This document shows positions 18,701 through 29,482 of a stretch of 64,000 bases of DNA, piece by piece. The stretch's first letter is position 1. Every line of letters starts with the position of its first letter. The translations under genes were made by a program, and so were the position numbers. A model generated the notes under the pieces. The model did not search any database and was not told the origin of the DNA. It saw only the letters and a program-made list of their open reading frames with translations. This stretch comes from a virus: positions 1 to 64,000 of IMG/VR virus record IMGVR_UViG_3300005436_000501; one strand, 5' to 3'.

Positions 18701-20213
18701 CCTGCTCGGGCACGTGCTCGCCGCGGCCGACTGGGCGTTGGAGAACGAGGATGTCGACGAGCGGGCGCGCTACCGGGTGCTGGTCGCGATGGCGCTCGGC
18801 GGCCCGTCTCCGGTGGACGCGGAGTTGCGGCAGCAGCGGGAAGCCGAGTATCTGAGGCAGTACGAGACGCTGGCGGTGCCGCGGGCCACGGTCGTGTCGG
18901 CGGAGGTGTTCAACCGGCTCGCGGCCGAGGCCGACCAGCAGCGGGGCAGCGATGACTGAGCCCGCGGACGTGCTGCGGCGCCTGACGCTCGACCTGGAGT
19001 TTGCCCTGCGCGCCGAGGGCGTGCCCGCCGACGTCCGCGAGCGTGTCGTGTCCCGGGTCCTGTACGGCGAACCGGACGCGCCGCACCGCATCCACCACTA
19101 CCGGACCCTGCCGTACGGCACAGTGTTCGGGTTCCTCGCCGACTGGCTCGTGGCACACCGGGAGATCACCGCGGGCGGGCCGGCGCCGGCTGTGAGCGTT
19201 CCGCCGTGTCCCGGGTGCGGCGAACCCGCGACGATCCTGACCGCCGCCGCAGCGTTACCGGGCTGGTTTCAGGTGCGCCCCTGCGGGTGCCTGTTCGACG
19301 TGGCGCCAAGACCGATTCCGGAGCGCGACCCGCACAGCCCGTACCTGGCGAAAGAGACGACGTACGGCGTGCCCATCGCGCCGACGCTGTTACCGCCGAT
19401 GACGCGGCCGGAGCCGGACCGGACCTTCACCCGCGACGGGCGGCGCCGCGATGGCTGAGCGCCCGAACTTCCCGGACGAGCCAGCGTGAGCGACGACCAC
19501 GGCTGGGGCGCTAAGTTCCTGCGACGCTGCGGCGTCGACCCGGACGACCCCGCCGACGTGCGCGCCGCCTACGAGGGCGCCCGTGAGGCGTACGGGCGCT
19601 GGCTGGCCGGCCACGGCGGGGAGATCGACGACGAGACCTACTACACGCTCGTGGGCGCGATCAAGGATCTGTACGGCTGGGCGATGTTCCCGTACGACTG
19701 GCCCGCGCCGACGCTGGTGCTGATGAACCAGCCGCTGCGCAACCTGCTGCCGCGTAAGCCTGCGGGATCGGCGTGAGTTGGCCGACTCCGGGCGTGGACC
19801 CGTGCATGCGTCTGGCGTACCGGTGGCCCGTCCGGCGGTTCAACTGGGTGCGCGCCCTGGTCGCCCGGGTGCGGCGGCGCTGCTACGGCGAGCCGTACCC
19901 GTGCGGACTGCTGCACGGGCATCCGGGGCGCTGCGTGTGGTTCACGCCCGGCGAGTATCTGAAGCTCGCCGTACCGATCCTGCATCCGCTCGAGCCGCTG
20001 CCCGGGCCGCGCGTCGGCATGCCCGACTGCCCCGACTGCGGACGGGTGGTGTTCGGGGTCGAGTGCGTCGCCGAGGGGTGGGTGGTGCGCGACGCGAACA
20101 CCGTGGCCGTGTACGAGCGGCAGGTGCCGGGTGCGGTGTATGAGCGGTGGCTGCGGTTCGACCCGTGCGACTGCGAACGCCGCGTGATCGTCCCGGCGGC
20201 GCCTAACCCGTGA
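15782..20213 (+). other. Run of 9 coupled hypothetical genes (15782-16030, 16017-16253, 16246-17037, 17034-17462, 17455-18600, 18597-18959, 18952-19458, 19486-19776, 19773-20213)
   Basis: Overlapping starts and stops, many CxxC/CxC motifs; first gene apparently leaderless (CACACT just upstream of the ATG). Confidence 0.6.
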
Positions 20214-22998
20214 CCGTGAGCGGCGGCGCGGCATGCGCCAGCATCGGCGGGTGACCCCGCAACCGCCACCCGCGGCGCTCCTTCGCGAGACCACCGCAGT
20301 AGCAGCACCGGCAGTCCTGCTTGAGCCGGTGAGACCACGACCACCCGTCGCCGGGATGCCCGGCCTCGGTCACCTTCCGGTGGTCCCACGTGTACCGCCC
20401 GGTGACGAGCAGCGGCGCGCAGTCCTCGCACACATACCCGTCGTCGTTGATCCACGCGATGCCCGAACCTGGCTCGGGTTCCTCGCGCGGACCGCAGTGG
20501 CAGTACAGCACCGTGCCCTCGTGGCTGACCCAGTGGGTGCGGTGCCAGGACTTGTGCCACGCGTCCGCGTCCGGTTCGGGGCACACGCACAGGCCCTCAA
20601 TCCGGCGTCCCTCCCGCCGGTCGTCGCAGCGGATGAGCGGCTGGTTCGGGCAGTGCGGCAGCCGCACCACCGGATACGGGCAGTCGGGCCGGGCGGCCTG
20701 TTGTTCGCACCAGGCGCGCAGCACGACGTTGCGCCACTCCCATTCGAAGATCCCGAGATGTTGCGCGGCGGCACGGTCCTCGCCCCAGGCCAGAGAGTCG
20801 GCGGGATGCCAGACGCCGCGTTTAAGCCGGTCGAGCAGCCATGTGCAGCGCTCGGAGCGCTGCGGCGGGGCCTGCCAGGATGGGTGTTCGCCGACGTCGG
20901 CGGCTGGCGGCTTCACCCGTGCCACGTCGCCACCTGCGCCGTCCACCATTCACGCTGCTCGGCCAGTTCTGCGTCACTCGCCTGCACCGGATACCCGATG
21001 CGTTCGCACGCGGCCCGATACCTCTCCGAGAGCAGAAACGGGACGCTGATGTCGCGCCACGACGCCGGGCCGACCAGGTCTGAGATCGCCTTGACGCGTT
21101 CGAGCAGGTTCTCCTGACCCATCGACCAGGCTCCGGCGGGTGCGCGCGAGTCGCGGGACGCGTGCTCCAGGTCCGCCCACAGGGCGACGAGTTCCGTGCG
21201 CAGCGCGGACGCCAGGTCTTCGCGGGACACCTGTTCCCACGCGTCCGTACTCACGCCTTCGCCTCCGACTCCCGCAGCACCTGCGCGCGGTAGGCCCGCA
21301 ACTCGGCTTCGACCGGCGGTTCGAGCGGGTCACGCGGCACCCACGCCCGGTGTGCTCCCTTGGCGATGTTCCCGGCGCGGATGTCGGCACGCAAGGCCTC
21401 GACCGCTTGGCGAGCCGCGTCCTCGGCGTCGTCCTCGATGAGTCCGAGCGCGTACACGCTCCACCCGATCTCGATCGCGTCGCCGCTGCGCCGGAACCAG
21501 CTCGGCGATTCGAACCGGTCAGCCTGGATCAGCACGTACGGCCGCTCGACCAGGGTGTGCGCCTCGTCCACCGTCACGGCGACGCGGGTGAACGTCCAGG
21601 TTTCGGAGTCATCCATGTCGTAGAGGCTGACGGTCGTCGAGCAGCCGAACACCTCGACCGTGACGGGTGTTCTACGGGTGCGCATCTCTCAGTGGCCCGC
21701 ATCGTGTCGCCCCTGACGGCGCCCCTGCTCGTACGCAGCCGCGATATGACCCGGCCCGAATCCGGGTGGCTGCGCCGGCGTGCTCGGCGAACCCGCCATG
21801 TTGATCTGGATCGGGTTACGCCCGTCCACGCGCTGCCGCCACCGGCGCAGGCATGCTGTCGGGTCCCGCGCGTCGGCCGCCTCGTCGAGCATCTGCCACC
21901 GCTCGTCCACGCTCAGGCGCGCAGCCCACGGCAAGACCGCGAGTAGTGGGATCGACGCCTTTGACAGTGACGGATGCCCGTCCTGCATGACCGTGGTGCG
22001 CCAGAACCCGAACTCCGGATCCGGGCGGGGCGGCTCGGACGCATGTCCGCAGCGGCCCCACACGAGCGTGTGGGTTCCGGTCGTGCGGCAGTCGCGGGAG
22101 CAGCCGTCGAAGTCGCCGGAAGGCGGGGGTGCGGCGTCGGGCATGGCTCCGAGTGTTGCACGCCCCGCAACACGGCTCACAGCCCCCGGCGCTGCGGGAA
22201 GCGGCGTATGTGCACGCGCAGGAAGTCGGCCGGCCCGAGCTCGACGGGCGCGCTGAGCGGCACGAGGAAGCCCGATCCCGCGGCCACGGGCTCACCCCGG
22301 TACGCGACCGCGTCCAGTAGTTCCCCGAACCGCCCGGTGACGAGCAGGACTCTGCCGGGCCGGATCTCCCCGTCCCGGTACGCGCCCAGGGTTCGGGCGT
22401 GCGCGTTGGTGTTGTCGACGTGCTCGACGATCGCGACGTACGGCCAGCCGTGCGGCACGCGTCCGCCGACGCGCAACCCGAGGGTGGCGAGGGTCAGTGG
22501 CGGGAACGCTTTGCCCGCGCAGAACGCGTGGGCGGGCACGCCCCGGTAGCGGCTCGCGGCGGTCGGCGCCGGGTCCGACTCGCCGCACAGCGGGCACTGC
22601 CCCGGCGCGCACGGCCATGCGGCGGGTTCGGCGAGCCAGAGCCGGTGGCGCAGCAGCCGGTCACGGGACGCGCGCGGCGACAGGGTGAAGCCGGGGCGCA
22701 GCATGCTGTGACGGTATCGGGCGGCGGCGACGGTGCGCGGCGAGGTGACGTGACCGTGACCCGCAACCGGGGTGGCGCGGGCTGGCGCGGATCAGGCTGC
22801 TTGCGTCCGGGCGCCAGGGCCGACCCAGCCGGCTTCCAGTTCCACGACCAGGCGCCGCAGCAGTCCCGGCACCCCGCATGAGCACGGGCCGGGCTCGTCC
22901 TCGTCGAACCGCTCGCACAGGTCGTGGTGACAGGACTCTGCGTCTTCGCCCGCGGCTATGAGGTCGGCGCGCAGGTCTGCGGACAGCTCGGTCGGCAC
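20203..22998 (-). other. Hypothetical genes (20203-20949 Cys/His-rich, 20913-21254, 21251-21685, 21689-22143, 22177-22704, 22792-22998)
   Basis: Protein-like ORFs at the end of the leftward arm, converging on the + strand run. Confidence 0.5.
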
Positions 22999-23310
22999 GC
23001 TCCTGTTGTACCCGTATCCGCCGACAGGCGCAGCGAAAACACCCGGACCGGTGCCGCGCCGCCAGAGCGCCACGGGGTGGGTGTGCTGGCCGGTGCGGGC
23101 GTGCGTCGCAGTGTTCGCGCCCGCCGACCGGGTGGCGAACGGCGGCGAACCCGCGCAGAGCACGCCACAGGGCGCGTGCGCCGCGCTACGCTGGGCCTGC
23201 GCGGCTCGATCTCCCCGGATCGCCGCGTGCCCCCCGAGGTCCGCACGCACGGACCCGCCGCCCCGGCCCAGCCCCGTGAGCCGGGGCGGCACCGCACCCG
23301 GAGGACTCTC

Positions 23311-23490
23311 GTGGACAGCCCCGCCGAAACCGCCGCAGACGCGGGCCGTGCGCTGGTGTCCGCGACCCTCGACGTGCGTGAGGTGCCGCTGGACCGGCTG
23401 CGCGGCGAGCACCAGAACCCCGCGCCAGCCGACAGCGGCGGCGCGACCCGCCCCGTGCTGCCCATGGCGGCGTTCAACGCGAGCCTCTAG
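23311..23490 (+). CDS. FxSxx-COOH-like RiPP precursor peptide 1 (59 aa, ends AAFNASL)
   Basis: GGAGG RBS; MDSPAETAADAGRALVSATLDVREVPLDRL...VLPMAAFNASL-stop. Confidence 0.75.
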   Translation: MDSPAETAADAGRALVSATLDVREVPLDRLRGEHQNPAPADSGGATRPVLPMAAFNASL

Positions 23491-23498
23491 GAGCACCC

Positions 23499-23672
23499 AT
23501 GAACCACGACACCGGGCGTGAGGCGTCCACGGTCGCAGACACGCGCACGGTGCCGCTGCGGACGCTGCTGACGCGCACGCGGGTGGGCGCCGGGTCGGAC
23601 GCTCCGGCGCGGGTCACGGGCGAAGGCGGCCCCGGGGTGCTCCCGAAGGCCGCCTTCACATCCGCGATCTGA
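23499..23672 (+). CDS. FxSxx-COOH RiPP precursor peptide 2 (57 aa, ends AAFTSAI)
   Basis: AGGAG RBS; MNHDTGREASTVADTRTVPLRTL...VLPKAAFTSAI-stop; absent from the ORF track. Confidence 0.8.
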   Translation: MNHDTGREASTVADTRTVPLRTLLTRTRVGAGSDAPARVTGEGGPGVLPKAAFTSAI

Positions 23673-23774
23673 CAGCCCCCTACGCGTCCGGGTCCACGAA
23701 CGTCGCGTACGTGTCGATGCTCTTCTGCCGCCCCGCGAACACGGCGCACACCTGCAATCTCGCGCCGCGTCGGC

Positions 23775-24302
23775 TTAGACATCGGGAACCTCCGGTTCGC
23801 TCGCGGCGATGTCCGCGAGCACCTGCAACTCGCCCACGCCCTCGAAGTCGGCCATGTCCACCGCCGTCTCGGCGATGCGCTGCGCGTAGTCGCTGAACCG
23901 GGTCGAGTCCAACACCAGCACGAGCGAATGGTCCGCGTCCCAGCCGCGCCGGATCTTCGTGTCGTGGCGCCAGTGCGACGCCTCCGGGTACTGCTCGTGG
24001 AGCACCCAGCCGCGCGCCGCCAGATACGCCCGCAGCCGACCGGGGGAGTGCACGGCGGGGTCGATCAGCGGTTCGAGGCTGCGCGGCACGATCCGCAGCG
24101 ACCGGGCCTGGTCGAGCAGCGCCAGTACCGCCTCCATGTCGGTGCGGTCCAGCGCGTACACCCCGCGCGGCCACTCCTGCGAGCGGAACGCGTCATTGTG
24201 GACCAACTCGCTGCCGAGGTTGTGCACCTCGGGGCCGAGTTCGGCCAGCAGGGCACGGATGCGCTGCTCGGCGTGCACAGTGCCATGCCTGCGCTCAGCC
24301 AT
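23775..24302 (-). CDS. Hypothetical protein with LxxYLxxxGW...DYxxRIxE domain
   Basis: RLRAYLAARGW...FSDYAQRIAETAVDMADFEG...VLADI. Confidence 0.55.
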   Translation of the reverse strand: MAERRHGTVHAEQRIRALLAELGPEVHNLGSELVHNDAFRSQEWPRGVYALDRTDMEAVLALLDQARSLRIVPRSLEPLIDPAVHSPGRLRAYLAARGWVLHEQYPEASHWRHDTKIRRGWDADHSLVLVLDSTRFSDYAQRIAETAVDMADFEGVGELQVLADIAASEPEVPDV

Positions 24303-24605
24303 TGACCGGCTCCGCTCCTATGGGAACCTCGACCCACTTCCCGACGTGGTGGACGCGGTGCGCGACCACCCACGCGCCGGCGGGCATGAGCGCGACGAAC
24401 TCGCGTGCGTCCGCCTCGTCGTCGCATGGTTTGTCCACGGCACTGCCGTCCGCTGCGCGATGCACCGCCGCCCATTCGATCGAGGGAGGCCCGAGCAAGT
24501 CGAGTAGCGCGTCGACCACGTCCGGGAGTTGCTCGCGCGCTTCGAGCCCGTCGGTGGTGTCCGCGCGGGCCGCAGCAGCCAAGGCACGCGCCCGCGCCGT
24601 GTCGA

Positions 24606-25313
24606 TCACTTCGCCGCCCCTTCCGGCCGGGCCGCGAACAGGATCGGCCGGTTGCCCATCACCGTGCGCTCCTCGACACCCCACCCGGCCTTACGCAGCG
24701 TCTCGGCGTAGGCCGCGGCGGCAGCGATCCGGGCCTCGCACCGCTCCTCGAAGTTCGCCCGGTTCGGGTCGGACAGGTCGGACTCGGGCAGCTTGTGCTC
24801 GACGCGCACCGCGCCGAGGCGGTTGGACGCTTCGACCTTGTAGCCGGGTGTCACGACGCTGCCGTACTCGTTGTAGCCCGCGGGTTCGTGCGCCGCGCCC
24901 CAGAGTTCGGCGGCGGCGTCGAGGATCAGCGCGCGCCCCCGCTCGTCGAGGTCGGCCATCACGCCACCGCTTCCACGCTCGGCCGCACGTCCGCGCGCGA
25001 CGATCCCCGCGACCTTCGCCGCGAGCACACCCCGGGTCACGTCCGCGTCCCGGGTGAAGTGCTGCATCGCGCACAGCGCCGTGAGCGCCACGTCCGCGAG
25101 CTCCGCCAGCAGGTCCGCCTGGGTGTGGGTGACGCCCTTGCGCGGATTCTGGCCCACCATCCCGATGTACGCGGCGGCGGCCTCCCCGGCTTCCTCGACC
25201 AGTTTCAGGACCCGCATGGAGTCCTCGTGCGGACTGTCCGGGTTGGAGCGGTCCAGCCACGCCGTGATGTCCGCGACATCCGCGAACAGGTCCCGGGTCT
25301 CGCCGTGCATCAC
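24606..25313 (-). CDS. MazG-like nucleotide pyrophosphohydrolase fused in frame to a hypothetical domain
   Basis: VLKLVEEAGEAAAAYIGMVGQNPRKG...ELADVALTAL. Confidence 0.8.
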   Translation of the reverse strand: MMHGETRDLFADVADITAWLDRSNPDSPHEDSMRVLKLVEEAGEAAAAYIGMVGQNPRKGVTHTQADLLAELADVALTALCAMQHFTRDADVTRGVLAAKVAGIVARGRAAERGSGGVMADLDERGRALILDAAAELWGAAHEPAGYNEYGSVVTPGYKVEASNRLGAVRVEHKLPESDLSDPNRANFEERCEARIAAAAAYAETLRKAGWGVEERTVMGNRPILFAARPEGAAK

Positions 25314-27788
25314 TCGCTCCCCTCGCCGGCCGCCGCGACGACCCCGGCCGCGCGCAACCGCCGGGTTCGTTCGCGCGCCTCCGCACTCGCGTCATGCCTA
25401 GTGCACCCGCAGCCGCCCACGTCACGGCCCTGCTTCGCCGCCGCGATCGACTCGCGCGAACGCTTGCCGCCCCAATGGCAGCGGCCCTCCACGCAGTCCC
25501 CGCACGTGGCCTCGATGTCCAGCCACATGAGCGCCTCGAGCAGCGCCGTGCGCTTGGGCTCGTAGTCGCCAAGTTCCGGGTCGAGCAGCACCTCGCCGAG
25601 CGCCTCGGCAGCCGCTTCACACCTGAGCTGGTAGGCGTCCATGCGGGCGCCGATGTCGCCGGTCATCACTCGCTCCCTTCGGGCCAGGCCAGTCGCGGCT
25701 TCACGGTAACGACATCCCGGCCGCGCACCAGGTACCGCGACGGCGGCTCACCGAACCCCGGATCCCAGTCCACCTGGATGTGGCCCGCGAACTCGTGGTC
25801 GCCCGCGAACAACTCGACGAGCGCCCTGATCTGCGCCTCGACCTCGTGGCCGCTGCACGCCTGCTCGGGGCCGACGATCGCGTCCGCGGTGTACACCACC
25901 AGCGTTCCGGCGTCGGTTTCGGTTTCGCGCCGGTCGATACGCAGGTGCGCGTCCCATGCGGCGCTTGCGCCGACACCGCCGGGGGCGCGGCGGATCTCGG
26001 CGGCGGTCAGTAGCGGCGTGATGGTGATCGCGCCGCTGTAACGGTTCTCATAACTCACGGTCAGTGTCCTGTCTTGTCGGTGTTCGCTGGTGCTTGCTGT
26101 TCGCGGTCCTGGATGCGCTGGCCGAGCAGGACCCGCGCGGCGGCACGGTCGCCCACGGCCAGGGCTTTGAGGATCGCGTGCTCGGCGGCGGTCACGACGC
26201 GGACCCGGCCCGCTTGGCGAGCAACGCGGCGAGTTCGCGCGCCGCCGGACTCCCAGCCTCGGCGAGCGCCGCCCACAACTCGTCGGCGAACACGAACTTC
26301 TTACGGTCCTCGTTGGTCCACACCCTCAGCGCCTCGACACGGCGCACGGCCTCGCGGGTCTCCTTGACCTCCCGGCTCAGCCGCTCGTTCGCCTTTACCT
26401 GCGCGTCGAGTTGGCGGCGCAGTTCACGGATCAGGCCCTCGTGGCGCTGCTCCTGGCGTGCTGCTGCGGCACGTACTTCCGCGATGCGTGCGTCTGCGTC
26501 TCCCTCGACGGCGCGGATCTGCGGTTCGGCGATCTCCTGTGCGCGCCGCTGGATGTACCCGCCCAGGTTCTGCGTGGCCACGGCCAGGTTCTCGGCCGCC
26601 TCCGCGAGCAGGTACGGCGCCGGATCGGCGGCCATCACTCGTCGTCCGTTCGCGGCGTCGGCCACCGCTCGCGGCACGCAGCCTTGTTCGCGCACTCGGT
26701 CATGCTGCGCGCGGACACGACAACCTTCCCGTCGTGGATCACGTCGCCGTCCGGGAACGCCACGAACCCGCGCGTCCCGGTCCGCCCGCACTGGTGGCAG
26801 CGCCGCTGCGCGTCCGCGTCGACCGGGACGCGCTCGATCTCGACCCCGGTGGGCCACGCCTGCTCGCCGTCGTCCGCGACCTGCCGCAGCCGGCCCGTGG
26901 CCTCGTCGCGGGAGTAGGTGTAGGCGTAGCACTCGGTGTCGCCACAGAACTGGGCGTGCTGCCTGTACGCGTCCACGGCCGCAGTCTTCGCGGCGCGCAG
27001 CAGCGGCTTGTGGGCGAACACCACACCGGTCTTCGGGTGCGTCACACGCCAGAGCATCGCGGTCACCGGGACGCCGCCTTCAATTCGTCGCGGATCTCGT
27101 TCAGGGCCGTGTCGAGCCGGTCGAGCTCCGCGGCCCACGGCGACGACTCGGGCAGCGCCTCACCCGCGTCGATCGAGCACGCCGCTTCCACGGCGTCGGC
27201 CAGGGTCTCGAACGCGGTACGCCAGCGGTCGCAACTGCCGCCGAGGGCCACGACGGCGCGGGTCGCGGCATCCAACTTCGCAGTGAGATCGTCCCGTTCC
27301 TTGAGCGTGAAACGCAGGTCGCCGTACGTCAGGTCGTAGCCGACCACGTCGTACACGGGCGTGTCGTCTCCGCCTGCACCGTTGGCTTCCTCGCAGTCAA
27401 GGAAGCTGCGCAGGCGGTCGGATCCGGTGGTCATGTACTGCTCCTTCTATTGCGGTTCGGTGATGGTGACGACGATGCGGTCCTCGTCCTTCTCCAGGAC
27501 CGCGGCGGTGTACGCGAACACCGGGGTCAGGCGCCCGTGGGCGACGGCCCAGCCGGTGCGGGCGGGCTCGGTGCCGTGCTCGGCGCGGTACACCTTCGCG
27601 GCGACCCTCCCGAAGCTCGACGAGAACCGGCGCCGGAACTCGCTGTCGGCGCCGAGCGCGGCGAGGTAGTCGGCGGCGGTCAGGACGGCGCGGTTGCGGT
27701 AGGCGGCGATGGCGCGCAGCCAGTGGGTGCCGGGCTTGGTGCTGCGGGTGCGCGGCGCCTTGCGCTGGTGGTCCATCGGCTGCTTCAT
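25310..27788 (-). other. Hypothetical genes (25310-25669, 25666-26058, 26192-26635 coiled-coil, 26635-27066, 27063-27434, 27447-27788 basic, possibly DNA-binding)
   Basis: Coupled ORFs downstream of the promoter at about 27850-27879. Confidence 0.55.
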
Positions 27789-27920
27789 CTCGGTCGCCCC
27801 CTGCATAGATCTGACTCTACGGATTCTGTAGAGGTTTGGCTCTAGCTCAACTGTAGACCCATACCTATACTGACTGCAAGGCGTTCCGATGAAATCCAAC
27901 CGAAGAGATTTGGCTCTACA

Positions 27921-28241
27921 ATGCAGACCATGGTCAAGAAGCCCGCGAGCCGACTGGACGACGCCCTCGACGCACTGGAGGCGATCCCCGACGCGGCCAA
28001 ACGCTGGGAAGCCGCCAACGACATGACCGACGCCGTGCGCAAGGCCACCTCGCGCGTAGCCCAGGTCAGATCCGGGATCGTGCGCGAACTGCGTGGACGC
28101 GGAATGACGTACCGGGCGATCGGCGACCTGCTCGGCGTGCACTTCACTCGCGTGAAGCAACTCGAATCGGGCGAGCCCGCGACCCGCTGGGGCAAGTCCG
28201 CGCCCGGTGACGACGAGCCCGCGATCCCGACCGAGGATTGA
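27921..28241 (+). CDS. Small HTH DNA-binding protein against the direction of the arm
   Basis: RSGIVRELRGRGMTYRAIGDLLGVHFTRVKQL. Confidence 0.75.
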   Translation: MQTMVKKPASRLDDALDALEAIPDAAKRWEAANDMTDAVRKATSRVAQVRSGIVRELRGRGMTYRAIGDLLGVHFTRVKQLESGEPATRWGKSAPGDDEPAIPTED

Positions 28242-28529
28242 CCCGCTCACCGCAGCCCCACGAGCCGCAGTAGCACAGCGACACCCTCGGAGCCGAGGAC
28301 CGCGGCGGCGGCGAGCGTGGCCGGCAGTGCGAGCACGGTCACCGGCCACGGCACGCGGCGGCGCCTGCGGCGGGTCACAGGAAGGTCCATCCGAGTGCGA
28401 TGGCGCACACGCCCACGGACCCGGCGAGGCACCCGAGCATGAACGTGCTCGCGAGCAGGCACGCGGTCAGGCGCCGGATGTTGCGCTCGTGCCCGCCGCG
28501 GGGCCCGGCCCGGCCGCACATCGGGCACC

Positions 28530-28991
28530 TCACGGCGCACCGCCGGACTCGAACACCCGCACCGGGATCCCCGCCGCTTTCGCCCGGCGCACGCAGTCCA
28601 TGGTCCCCGCCGACGACCCCACCGGATACGCCATGACGAGCCGGTGGGGCACGTCCGCGAGCACGTCCACCATCCGCTGATTACGCAGCGGCCCGGCGGC
28701 GCGCCCGAACCGGGTCCAGTCGGCCGGACGCGGGTCGGTGGGGTGGCCGGCGGACAGTGCCCAGCGGTGCGCCTGCCAGTCCGCGCCGAGCAGCCGGTCC
28801 GGGTGGATCCCGCAATCCCCGGCCCGGTCCCAGCGAATGACGCGTTTGGTGTCGGGGTGACGCGGGTCGCACTGCCCGTGCACGACCATCAGGTGCTCGC
28901 ACAGTTCCGCGGCGAGCGCGTCGAGGGTCGCGGGCAGCAGCCCGTCGGCGGGCAGGAACCTCGATCCGGTGACGAGCACGAACGCGGTCAT
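28530..28991 (-). CDS. SLOG-family (DUF2493/YspA-like) protein
   Basis: VLVTGSR, VVHG, GADWQAHRWA, PADWTRFGRAAGPLRNQRMVD, SAGTMDCVRRAKAAGIPV. Confidence 0.85.
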   Translation of the reverse strand: MTAFVLVTGSRFLPADGLLPATLDALAAELCEHLMVVHGQCDPRHPDTKRVIRWDRAGDCGIHPDRLLGADWQAHRWALSAGHPTDPRPADWTRFGRAAGPLRNQRMVDVLADVPHRLVMAYPVGSSAGTMDCVRRAKAAGIPVRVFESGGAP

Positions 28992-29482
28992 CCGGCTTCC
29001 TCTTCGTCGGCCTGCGCGACACGCGCCTCCCACTCGCGGCGTGCGCCGTCGATGCCGAGCCACACCGCCGCCGGGGTGCCCGTGGCGTGCGCGAACTTCA
29101 CCGCGACATCCGGGCTCAGACCGACCTTGCCGCTGATGACCTGGTTGACGTGCTTGGCTGTGAGTCCGGTGATCCGGGCGAGCATGATCTGTGTCATGCC
29201 GAGCGACCTGAGGGTGCGCGCGATCGCGTCGCCCACGGTCGGCGGCGGGGGTGGCGGCTTGGGCGTCTCGGTGCGGGTCGCGGCGATCACGATCCGCGCC
29301 AAAACCTCGGCCGAGCCGTGGACGTGCGTGTCGCCTGCGACCTTCGCGGACCAGTTGACCGGGTGCGTGGTCCAGCATTCGTCTTCGGGTGGCCCGCAGT
29401 CGCCGTCGCACTGGTAGGCCGCTTGCCGCAGGGCTTCGGCACCGATTGCGGCGAGCGCGGTGGGGACTTCGTCGGGGGTCAT
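28988..29482 (-). CDS. Protein with C-terminal HigA/XRE-like HTH
   Basis: LRSLGMTQIMLARITGLTAKHVNQVISGKVGLSPDVAVKF...WL. Confidence 0.7.
   Translation of the reverse strand: MTPDEVPTALAAIGAEALRQAAYQCDGDCGPPEDECWTTHPVNWSAKVAGDTHVHGSAEVLARIVIAATRTETPKPPPPPPTVGDAIARTLRSLGMTQIMLARITGLTAKHVNQVISGKVGLSPDVAVKFAHATGTPAAVWLGIDGARREWEARVAQADEEEAG

Noticed and set aside
28988-29482. HigBA toxin-antitoxin pair
   Set aside because: HigA-like HTH present but no RelE/HigB-like toxin next to it
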